This document shows, in pieces, positions 13,301 through 24,244 of a stretch of 64,000 bases of DNA. The position numbers were made by a program, and so were the translations under genes. Within the stretch, counting starts at the first letter, position 1; the number at the start of each line of letters is the position of its first letter. This DNA comes from Klebsormidium nitens (lineage: Eukaryota > Plantae > Klebsormidiophyceae). A model generated the notes under the pieces. It saw nothing but the letters and a program-made list of their open reading frames with translations. It was not told the DNA's origin and ran no database searches. Location of the stretch: assembly GCA_000708835.1 (NCBI GenBank), contig DF237058.1, positions 131,038-195,037 of the forward strand, written 5' to 3'.

Positions 13301-15067
13301 ATGACCTGCAGTTGACCAAAATCAAAAGCACGAGTACATTGAATACTGCAAAAAACGAACGACCTCTCTGTATGTGGAATCAGTTTGAGAAATCCTTCAA
13401 GAACAAACAACCTCCCTCCACATGGGGAGTTTCGTATAAAGAAAGACCTGAGCGCGTAGACTCACCTCCGCCATGCAGCGCCATGAGTCGCTTCAGCTCC
13501 TGGAAAGTATAGAGAAGTGAAGTTGGTGGAGCTGAACCCGTTTCTCTATACGAATCTTCGAGAACAACAACACTCACGAATGTTTCCAGTGTTCCTAGGA
13601 TACCGGTCAACTCCCAATCTTACCGAGGCAGAGCCCCTCATTGACATGTCTTTAACAACAAATGTCATCGAAGATCATGGGGAACAACCCAGCTGGACAC
13701 ATGATTGGATGCCAAACATGAAAGGTGGACAATCTAGAACAGGACCGCGGCCTACAGGAAGCCTTGGAAAATGGCGATTGGTATGATAAAAACTTGGAGA
13801 ACAGAAAGACCATAGCTGTTGCGACAAAGCCTCACTTGGTGACTCGGGCGACAGTGGCCGTTCACCCAGATCTTGACCCCCTTGAACAGCTGGCTCGCCC
13901 ACTTGCCTGGCTGCGACACCTCCCCTCTGGAAAACAAGAAAAGCACCCACCCCCTTTGTTATACTGTGGCTGAAGTAGGTTACGGCCCACTGACTCGAGA
14001 CACAGATCTTGTCCCGGACGTCAAATCTGATTCTAGAAAGTGCGGGGTGTATCCTTTGAAATGGGAGTAACAAGATTGTTTCAACAAAGTTGCTTGAAAG
14101 TTTGCAAGCTCCTCAGCAAGCTAGTTGGCCAATTTTGTAAAGGATTGAGAGCATGCACGGGTCATGTCAGAACCGCACCACACAGCACACAGCACTTGAC
14201 CTGATTGCAAACGAGGGACTTCAAAACCTTACAGCTCTCAAAGAATCTTAAAATGTGTAGCAAATTCTGAGGTCCACTCACGTGATCAAGTCGTTGTCTA
14301 TGCCCGCCTGGTACTGCTCCTTCAACTTCTTAATCTTGAGGTTGAAGTAAAGCCCGAAGTCCCCTGCAAAGAACCAGCATTGCTTTAGCAAAGTTGCACC
14401 AATGTTCTCTAAGAAAGTCCAGTTGTCATAGGATTGATGCGATGGAGTCGGTGCCAGTGCCCCTGCGACCTCTTCGCTGCGCATGCCTCTGACCAGTCAT
14501 TTTTCGCTGTTTTTCCGAGTGCCATGCCTTGTTTTTGTTGTCACTAACGTCAGCGTGCGAAGTATCTCCAGCAGGGCTGTAACGAACGTCGGGGGATGTC
14601 GGGCTGTAACCTTCGGAAGCAGGCACTGTCTGCCAACTTCGAGAAAGACAGCTGTCAGCTCCAGAAAATCACATGCTGCCCCTCCCACTGCCTCTTACAG
14701 ACTGAAGTCTCTCTTTCTCCTTTCACACTATAAAGCAGCTCAATTTCATCCTATCCCATGAACCCTGTTCAAATCAAAGGTGTCCCTCTAGCACGACAGC
14801 TGCCGCCAGCTGTACCACCACTCCTCCATCTCAGCCGTCATGCAACACCAACCAGAATCATCCCCGCTTCTAGTTCAACCACTGCCCACCTGCTATGGGG
14901 TCTTTTTCCAGCTGCTCTTTGCTTGGCCCCTCCGGAGATCGAATCCACGACCGGCCGCTGATGGGCGCCGGGGGGGGCAGCTGCGCAGCCATCTTGAACC
15001 GCACGGGGCTCGCGCCGTCGCCCCCCTTGGTGGGGGTGTCTGGCTTCTTTCCTTCTGCAGGTGTCAT
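4319..15067 (-). CDS. REV1: DNA repair protein REV1 (Y-family translesion polymerase with BRCT, UBMs and C-terminal domain)
   Basis: N-terminal GDFGLYFNLKIKKLKEQY. BRCT exons: LFKGVKIWVNGH; ELKRLMALHGG; VTHIICTHL; VLKPEWITDSIAANKLL. YKNSRLHFIGTW motif. Catalytic IVHIDM|DCFF (splice 10588/10214) and AVSCDEAFLD. KRKS|VGAECNWGVRF. Two ubiquitin-binding motifs (LDPAVLAELPEEIRAELEQAY; VDQSVLDALPLMLRRELERAY). C-terminus LEEVQRLLKTLRR...QNMYGGRLRL*, stop at 4319-4321. Start codon is approximate. Confidence 0.95.
4766..4960. repeat. Degenerate 66-bp tandem repeat (about 3 copies) in a REV1 intron
   Basis: GAGGCCC at 4766, 4832 and 4898; TTATCAAG at 4806, 4872 and 4938 (66-bp period). Confidence 0.8.
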
Positions 15068-15791
15068 AGCTGCTGGTGAAGAGCTAGAACATGGTTAGTG
15101 GAGAACTTCAAGGAGAAGAGAAGGTGCCATCTGAAGCGGCCTCCATGGACACTTCTCTTATAGCCCGTGCGCATCGAAGGCATGGGGCGTGCAGACTCTG
15201 CAGAGGCTGGCCAAGTAGTCCTATACTAGTACTGAGTTCGCAATCGAAGCGAAAATGTAGGTAGGTACAATTTTCCCGATTGGGAATTTCCAGTTAGCCT
15301 TAGGTAATACATTTTAACACTTGAAAGTCGCGTCTGCCAACTCGCGGTAGAATTGGGCTGTTCAAACAGCGGCCCACATGTCAGATCGAGCTATCGTCTA
15401 AAGGAGCAACGAGGCCCTGTAGTAGTTTAATCACCGTTGCACGGGAGCAATATCAGAAAAGTCATATAATATATTACGTTGGTTTGTGTACGTACTGCAA
15501 AAGTTTCGCCGGGCAGCTGGCCACGTCTCCCAAACGACGACGGAGCAAAGGGGCGGTGGTTCATACTATTAAATAGCAGCCAAGGAGCAAAGAGAAACCA
15601 CTTTCTCACATCTGCTGAAGTACTAGTCTTGCACTGAAATGCTGATAGTTCCCTAGAGGAAGACAATGCTGCCATGAGCTTTGGCGGCTTTTTCTGAATG
15701 GTGATTAGCTTCGTCCTTTGACGGGTTTCTTGCTAAGAATCTACAGTTCTCTATGATCATTTCTGGAAGAAACTGACTCAGCGGGGGAGAG

Positions 15792-18700
15792 ATGGCCACC
15801 TGGTTCGCAATCCAGCAAATCCTTCGGAAGCAGCTGATAGCTTCTTTCTCCGCCAGCCCCCAAATCGTTTCAAACACAGTGCCGTTTCCTAGCTCTTTGC
15901 ACCATGCCCTTTTCATCCGATCCGTGCACGGCCCGCTTGGCGCAGTCAAGTCTGGCGCCCAGTTCACACCGCAAGCGATGTGGGCCAGCCGTGGTGGTGT
16001 GAATACTCCTTTAAGCAGAGATCTCAAAGCTTGGAGCGCAAAACTGGTGGGCGTCTATGGGAGCAGTCCACTTGCAAAGAGTTCATCTCTCCTTTCTAGT
16101 TCCCTGACCAGGACAGTTAAGTATGGGCACTTTTCCAGGGGGTTTGCCGCTGGGTCTGTTCGCACCACCCTCCAAGGCTTCCGCATCGCTGGTGTGAAAA
16201 CCCCCCTGGCGGCTGCCACACCCCAGTTTATGTCCACCGCAGCAACCGCAACAGCAACCGGTTTGGTCAAGGGGGGCCCCGTGGCTCAGAAACAGGTGGC
16301 ATACTGGCTGTTCGGCTGCGCAGGATGGGTTTTCAGCATGGTGGTTCTGGGGGGGGTTACGCGGTTAACCAGGTCGGGTTTGTCGATGACTGATTGGCGG
16401 TTTGCAGGGGGGCTGCCACCGATGACGCAGGAGGAGTGGGAGGAGGAGTTTGACAAGTACAAGCAATCCCCAGAATACAAAAAGTGAGTACGAAGGCACT
16501 ACAAGTTGTTGAGGCATATGCGATGTGTGCACTTTGATCTAAGCTGGTTTTGGTACTGGTCATGGCGGCTCTGCATCAGTCTTGTGAGTCGCCACATCCG
16601 TTTATTTGTTCGCATGGAACCTTTCTTCATGTTTTCTTCTTTTTTTCCACAACCTTCGCCTGGTAAACCATTTCAAATTCTTGAAACACTGATTTTGGCA
16701 CAAGCCTGAGCGGGTTGCTTGTCGCTGGGCCTCACTTTATTGTGAAAATCTGAAGAGGCCGTTGGTATGTTTAAGTGGGCTTGTTGTTGCTCGTTTGATG
16801 ATGCCATCACACGACCAGGACACATAAGCAATCACATCAGATCCTGCAGTGGAGAACAGATTCAAGCACCTCCCAGTACGTAAACCTTCGCTGTTGTCTG
16901 AACTTCCATTTTTGCTTTCATCTTCTGGGCAATCTTCTTTTCAACCGAACCTGCTTCTTAACCTGGTTTCTTACGCAGGGTCAATCTGGGCATGAAGTTA
17001 GATGACTTCAAGTTCATCTACTGGATGGAGTACGCGCATCGCATGTGGGGCCGTGCTCTAGGGCTCGTTTTCACCGTCCCGTTTGCCTACTTTGCGGTCA
17101 AGGGTTACGTCACTCGACCACTGGCGGCGAGGCTGGGGGTACTACTCACACTGGGGGCGGGGCAGGGACTGGTTGGCTGGTGGATGGTTAAGAGCGGGTT
17201 GCAGGTAAACCCATTCTTTAAAGATTAGAAAGGAATCGGCAATCGAGGCATGACGTTTGAGGTGTTCCAAATTCGAAGGAGCTTCGAATCCATTTTCCTA
17301 GCAAGATTCTTCTGAGAAATTATCTGAAGAACCAAATGTTGAGGATTCAAACTGCTCGTGTGGTACTTATGTGTGATTTCGCTTTATGAGGGTTCTGTTT
17401 CCTGGGAATCAGAGCAGTTCGAGACCCGGACAAAGCACAAGTATCAAATGCCAAGCTCTTCAAATATCGACGAAATTTCAGGCGGGCTGTCGCAAGGAAG
17501 ATTGATTTGCTGTTAAGGTCCTAATGTTCGCGTTTTCGGACTGTTGTGGAGCTTCCGCCAATGAAAAGGAGTTGCAATTGCTTAGTTTCTTGCCGGACCT
17601 TGGGCCTTTTGAAACGGGTGTAGGACTTTCAACTCAAGAGAAATGGCGTTCGTCGCGTTTTGATTGAGCTTCAAGTCCCTAAAATGCTATTGTTCGTACC
17701 TTGTCTTCGACCATTTCCCTCGCCCTTCATGTTAGAAGTTGATCAGTACATTGAAAGCTACTCCCTGATTGTCGAAGTTGGTCGCACATCAAGCTCAGAA
17801 GATGGACTCTGAGTGCTCTTGCTATTCTCATTTCAGGAGCCCAAGTCCGAGTACGACGTTCCTCGAGTCAGCCCCTACCGACTGGCCGCCCACCTGACGT
17901 CAGCGTTCGTCATCTACTCGGGACTGCTCTGGACGGCTCTCACAGTCGCGAGCCCCACCCCTCCCACTCTCAGTGCGCTCGCTTCGCAGGCGGGGGCTGC
18001 TTTGCGGGGCAGAATCCACCCTCTGGCAGCGCTCATTGGCGTGACTGCGCTTTCTGGCGCTTTTGTCGCCGGTCTTGATGCGGTAAGTTACCGGAGTTTT
18101 AACGAGTGCACAGTTTCAAGTTTGTTTGCGGATCTTGTGAAATTTTTCGGATTGGCTCGACACGTTCCCTGTGTTAAGAGGCATAGATACATAAAGGGTA
18201 ATCTCTGCTGATTTCATTGGTGATCTTTGAGGCCTTCTCGTAGTGCCAGATTTGTTTCTCTTGGCTCAACCAGCGCGCGCTGCCCTCCTTCTGCTGACGT
18301 CATCCGCAGCGAGGCTGACGTGTGCTCTTTACACAGGGCCACGCGTTCAACACCTTCCCGAAGATGGGCGAGACGTGGCTGCCTCCGGGCCTCTTTGAGA
18401 AGCAGCCCTTCCTCGCAAACTTCTTCGAAAACACCGCCACAGTCCAGGTGTGCATAATAACCAACTTTTGCCCCAGCGTCCGCCTTTTTGATTCTCGAAG
18501 TACATACTGTCGTTCAATGCAGAGTCTTAATGCAGCAAAAGGTTGCTTGCAAGCCGCGGGACTCGCAGATGGTCTTTTTCACGTGCTCTATCGTAATCCG
18601 TCGCCACTGTTCCCTGTGCGACTTTGTTGCTGGGATCACAAGGTTGCGCAGACAGAGGAGCCATGTTTTTAGGATTTCATTGGAACTCCAAGAAATGCCT

Positions 18701-19567
18701 CATCTCAATCCTAATGCCTTTCCCGATTGCAGTTGGACCACCGGTTACTTGCGCTGACCACTCTGGCAAGTGTGACCGCGGTCTGGGCGACCTCCCGGAG
18801 GCTGCCATTGCACCCCCGGACCAAGCTGCTATTGCATGGGCTTATGGGGATGACGGCACTGCAGGTGAGCGGCAGTCTTTTCTTCATCAGCGATGCAAAC
18901 TATAAGATCAGCGTTGCTCGTCGTTCTAATTAAGGCCGACGGCCTATCTTCGAACCACAGTGCAATTTGGTCACGGTTGGGGGCGTGCTGCGTAGGTGAC
19001 AACCCACTCGAAAGATCTGGGTGACAGAGGTCGTGCAAAAGGACCTTTGAGATGCTTTGACCTGCGGTGTAATTGCATGTAAGCTTTCATCCGCACATTG
19101 ATCGTGTCTGAGATGAACGTCCTTGATCGTCGTACTAGCAAAAAGAGGATTTTGGATGAATACATACAAGTGGGTGCTTCTTGAAGCGTAATCAGAAGAG
19201 GCTGCTTTGTAAGTTTTGGTGTTCATTGTCCGACTCATCGGAAGACTGAGTCTCTCTGTTTTCCCCATTACGTGCAAATCAGAGCCTTCTCGCCGTCCCT
19301 CTTCTCACCCTCACTCGCTCAGGGATGTGCTGCCTACGTCATGCAACTGTCATCTCTCATCCGCAGGTAACCCTTGGCGTGTCGACTCTTCTATTGCACG
19401 TGCCCGTGTCTCTGGGGTCAGCCCACCAGGCGGGTGCTCTCACTCTGTTTACGATCGTGCTCACGCTGATGCACTCGCTGCGGCGGCCGCGGCCGGGCGC
19501 GCTCAAAGCTGCTGCGGAAACGCTAACGTCACGGCGAGCGTCAGCGGGGACGCTGCAACCCACATAA
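15792..19567 (+). CDS. COX15: Cytochrome c oxidase assembly protein COX15 (heme A synthase)
   Basis: Exons ~15792-16483, 16979-17204, 17836-18081, 18337-18447, 18733-18864, 19367-19567. Motifs GGVTRLTRSGLSMTDW, FIYWMEYAHRMWGR, VSPYRLAAHL, QLDHR, QVTLGVSTLL...HQAGAL. Long basic N-terminal presequence. Confidence 0.95.
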
Positions 19568-19817
19568 AACTAGGAGCTCCGCGTCTGAGGTTCGAGCAGA
19601 GGTTCGTATTGGCACCGCGCAACGGCATTCCTGGACACATTTGCCGTGTCAGAATATGCATGAAAGGTTCAATTTTGATGACGTTTCAAGGCACTTACCA
19701 TCACGTGCGTCCAGTCAAGTAAAACAGGCCGCGTGTGTCTAGTTGCATGCGGGTTGGATTTTGAGCAGGCCTTCATGCAGTTTGCATGACACTTCCGACC
19801 ATGTTTGCGCTAGCAAT

Positions 19818-19867
19818 CCAGGACATAAGCCTATGCTTACTTCCAGGACATAAGCCTATGCTTACTT
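19818..19867. repeat. Perfect 25-bp tandem duplication
   Basis: CCAGGACATAAGCCTATGCTTACTT occurs twice, downstream of COX15. Confidence 0.9.
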
Positions 19868-20695
19868 CATGCCATGTAAGTCCCGTGTTGATGGCGCCCA
19901 CCTCTGTCGTTCGCGCACGCATGCCACATATTCTCTGCATGTAGCCGGACCGTCATTGAGTTGCCCAAACTTGCATTGTCGGCGGCGACCGGCGGCCGCC
20001 TCATGGCTTCATGGAAGATGAAGCGATTCCTCAAGGAACACAGTCGTAAAAAGCTTGAAGCGACGTCCGGCTGATTTTATTGGGAGAGGTGAGAAAAAAC
20101 TGGGTTCGCAGTCATGACGAGTCTTCTAACGGCCACGCCTGTGGCATGGCAAGTTGAAGAATTCTATATACGTTGGCGCGATCTCATGGAACATGTATCG
20201 CACATGTTCTTCGTTCGCAACGCGTTCACAACTAGATATGACTCCCACCTTCCCGGCATGGCATGGGGCTAGGCTAGAGCTGCCGCTGCATCTTAATTGC
20301 AACGTCGGATCCGTCGATCGGATCTGTGCAAGCAATTGGATCGACGGACTGATTCCATGGCGGCACCGGCGTCATATTTAAGCGGCCGGCCTGCATGTGC
20401 GTTAGCTAGCTACTGCATGCCAGGCTACGCAGTGAACAGCAAATCATGTCAAAATATCCGACTGAGTCGGCCTTCATGATGATCATGCTGATCTGGCATC
20501 ACATGTGCATGCATCATGGTCGTGCTGCAATTAATCCGATCAGTTCGAGTCATGCAAAATGAATCGTGGGGATTATATCCTAATGCATGAGTTGCAGATG
20601 GACATCTGGTGCAGCGTAGACACGGCAATGTTTGCAGATCGTAAACTGCAAGCGAAATCGTGTAGTATTGTTAACTGTACTAATATACTACGATT

Positions 20696-23600
20696 TTTGA
20701 TCTTTAAGATGGTAGATAACAATCGGCAGAAGTCATGCAATTAAAAAATCGGGTTCTTCTTGAAATCACAGCTGGTCATAATTTGTATCACTCATGGACG
20801 CACGTATTAAGTCGACAAGACATCTTGAAACATCCTTCTTGATCCAACCACCCTGAAGCTTTGAACGATGGTCCTCAAGTCGACCATTCCAAAAGTTAGG
20901 GCTCGTAATCCGCCCAAAAAAGACAAGCGTCAGAGTGGCATCAAGCGGCTTTTTAAATAGTTGAGTTCCGTTTTTCGTTCTTCCTCGTTCTCATTCAGGG
21001 TGGAGAATCCAAAGTCAAGAAAGAACACCTTTGACCCGACCACAACCATGTTCTCTAGCTTGACGTCGTTATGCCTCACGCCTAGTCGGTGGATGCTTTT
21101 CAAGGACTTCACGGCCTCCAATTTTTGTCGCACTGACATGGTCCCACGGGCAGGATGATCCCCTTCCAGAAATTCGGTAATCAACACCCACGTCCCAAGA
21201 TTTGGACAGAACCCAAATGCAAGCAATTCAGGGACTGTTGTGCCCCACAAGGGAGTCAAGCGCAGGTAGATGCCGTGCTCGTTTCTCAACTCGTCATCGT
21301 CCGGATCGACCGTCTTTACTGCTGCCAACCGACCTTGAAAGCTGCAAAAGAAAAGACTTTGTATGCGCCAGGTTCAGAGAACCACGTTTATTGTCTTCTA
21401 AAAGGCTCATCTCTCGAAACTAAAAATCCCGCAGGTCCTCTCGATCCACATTAGGTTTGGGACAGTTTGCCGCATGAAACCATCCACCGCTAGAGGCATG
21501 CAATTCAGAAAACTGCATCAAACTCTTTGGTACGAAACCTTGCCGTTTGCTTATCGTAGAAATAAGTAAGTCAACGGAAACTCTTCTTGCTTACCTGGCC
21601 TTGTAGACAGTTCCCGATCGGCCCCAGCCGATATCCGCCCCTAATCGCAGAGACTCTCACGAAATCGTATTTAACGTCCCCGTTGGTGACGTGCCTAACT
21701 GCCCGGTAGCTTGCGACCCGCCTTTCGTCGACCTTACTGTCCGATCTCTTAGGCGAGTGGAGGTGCGCCGCTTAGTTAGCGACGCGTTAGAAGTGGGCGA
21801 CAGGGGTCGAGACCTTCTGCCAAGCAGTGGGGTGGTTACGTCTGTTGGGGCATTGGTGCGGTCCGTGCTAAGTGCTGGGGGGTCGACTGAGGGGCGGGAC
21901 TGGAGCGCGAGAAAGTTTTGACGGATGATATAGTAAATTACCTGCAGGTCGTTCGTAGTATGTCAATCGGCAGCCGAGTCTTCAAAACCGACAATATTCT
22001 CCAATGATCAAGAGACGACACTGGTTGATTCGATATCGAGTTGCTTCGCTGAGGCTTTGCTGTAAGGCCAAGTTTTTGTGACAATATAGCACAAGGCGTC
22101 CAAAACGAAGAGTTCACCAGGTAACAGCAAACCACCGGCTACCGTCTGATCAAGTTGTACGCTTGCGCCGGCATGATCGTAGATCTTTAAACAGGAACTT
22201 GTCGCTATTGAACGCGCGGAACTTCTTAGAGCAGCACACTGTACGAGGAATTCCGAAGTTGAAATGCAAAGCGTGTGGAATGATGCCGACCAGCTTTTCT
22301 CATGCACAAAAACTGCCCAGTGCTTTTGAGCGCCTGATGCCTGGAACAGTTTTGGACGTACAACGATGACCTCACCATGACGATGGTCGGTGACGACTGG
22401 TCATAGGGCAACGCCTACGAGATCTTGAGTTCGCCACTTCCGGGGTCTTCGTATAAGATTTGATCTTTAAGATGGTAGATAGCAATCGGCAGAAGTCATG
22501 CAATTAAAAAATCGGGTTCTTCTTGAAATCACAGCTGGTCATAATTTGTATCACCCATGGACGCACGTATTAAGTCGACAAGACATCTTGAAACATCCTT
22601 CTTGATCCAACCACCCTGAAGCTTTGAACGATGGTCCTCATGTCGACCATTCCAAAAGTTAGGGCTCGTAATCCGCTCCAAAAGACAAGCGTCAGAGTGG
22701 CATCAAGCCGCTTTTCAAATAGTCGAGTTCCGTTTTTCGTTCTTCCTTGTTCTCATTCAGGGTGGAGAATCCAAAGTCTAGAAAGAACACCTTTGACCCG
22801 ACCACTACCATGTTCTCTAGCTTGACGTCGTTATGCCTCACGCCTAGCCGGTGAATGCTTTTCAAGTGACTTCACGGCCTCCAATTTCTGTCGCACTGAC
22901 ATGGTCCCACGGGCAGGATGATCCCCTTCCAGAAATTCGGTAATCAACACCCACGTCCCAAGATTTGGACAGAAACCAAACGCAAGCAGTTCAGGGACTG
23001 TTGTGCCCCACAAGGGAGTCAAGCGCAGGTAGATGCCGTGCTCGTTTCTCAACTCGAGCACTTTCTCCTCGAACTCTTCATCGTCCGGATCGACCGTCTT
23101 TACTGCTGCCAACCGACCCTGAAAGCTGCAAAAGAGAGACTTCAATTGCTCGAGTTGCAACGGACCAGAATAGTTGCCGTCCAAAAGCCTCATGTGTAGA
23201 AACCAAGGCCCCGCAGGCTCTCTCAATCCACGTTGGCTGTGGGACGGTGTGCCACACGCGAAGCTATCCACCGCTGGAGGCATGCGATTCAGAAAGCTGC
23301 ATCACATTCTTTGGTACGAGTTTCAGCCGTTTCCTTATCGAAGAAGTAAGCGTAATCAACGAAAAAGCAACGAAAAACCTTCTTCCTTACCTGGCCTTGT
23401 AGACGGTTCCCGAGCGGCCCCAGCCGATATCCGCTCCCTGCAATCGGAGTGACTCCCACGAAACCGTTTCTAACGTCCTCGTTGGGGACGTGCCTAAGTG
23501 CCCGGTAGCTTGCGAACCGCCTTTCGTGGACTGTGCAATCTGTTCTTTTATGCGAAGGGAGGTGCGCCGCTTGGTTAGCAATTCGGTAGGATTTGGCGGA

Positions 23601-24244
23601 GACCTTCTGCCGAGCAGTGGGGTTGAGACGTCTATTGGGGCGTTGGAGGGGTCCGTGCTTAGTGCTGGGGAGTCGACCGAGGGACGGGAGTGGAGCGCGA
23701 GAAAGCTCTGACGGATGATGTAGTACATGACCTGCTAGTCGACAAAATGGTGTCAGCTGATACAGCAGCTCAAATTTCAGATCCCGTAGCGGCCTTGAAT
23801 AGACAAGAGACGACTCTCGTTGATCCAGAATTCAGATGCTCCTCTGTGAGACCAAGGTTTCGCGGCAATATTCGTGCGAGGCGTCTGAAATAAAGAGGTC
23901 GGTAGGGAACAGCAAAATACTGGCTACCGGTCTGATTCAATGAGTTCGCTGGCGCCGGCGTGTTTGACGACCTTCAAGCACAACTCTGTGGCGACATTTT
24001 GTGCAGTACATTCCGGATTTTGTGCAGTACATTCTAGAAAGGCTCGAAATGAGTTGCAGAGCGTCTGGACTGCCGACCAGCTTTTCGCGTTCACAAAAGC
24101 CGCTTACAACTTGTGAGCGCCTGACGACTGACAACTTTCCGACGTCCAACGATGACCTCACCATGACAATTGTCGGTGACGGCTGGTCATAGGGCAACGC
24201 CTGCGAAATCTTGAGTTCGCCACTTCGGGGGTCTTCATATAAGA
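20696..24244. repeat. Tandem segmental duplication, ~1.76-1.79 kb unit x2
   Basis: GATCTTTAAGATGGTAGAT starts at 20699 and 22462. Homology ends at TATAAGA (22458 and 24244). Confidence 0.95.
20930..22458 (-). pseudogene. 5'-truncated duplicate (copy 1) of REase-like + kinase gene
   Basis: Closely matches 22459-24244. Kinase C-terminal part is intact (HNDVKLEN, FLDFGF), but there is an in-frame TGA at 21657-21659 (TGG in copy 2), a 21-nt deletion removing EFEEKVL, and no upstream exons. Confidence 0.8.

Noticed and set aside
14049-14057. GTATCCTTT (U12 5' splice consensus) on the + strand
   Set aside because: Opposite strand to REV1, with no + strand gene here. A 9-mer is expected by chance in 64 kb.
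20120-20700. Intergenic stretch rich in CATG/GATC/TGCA short palindromes, with a 10-bp hairpin at 20310-20348
   Set aside because: No long stem, termini or repeat partner found; similar texture occurs at ~39400-39900 and ~54580-54960, but no alignable homology was seen by eye.
23996-24038. 21-bp tandem duplication TTTTGTGCAGTACATTC(CGGA)
   Set aside because: Simple intronic slippage in kinase copy 2, with no functional implication.
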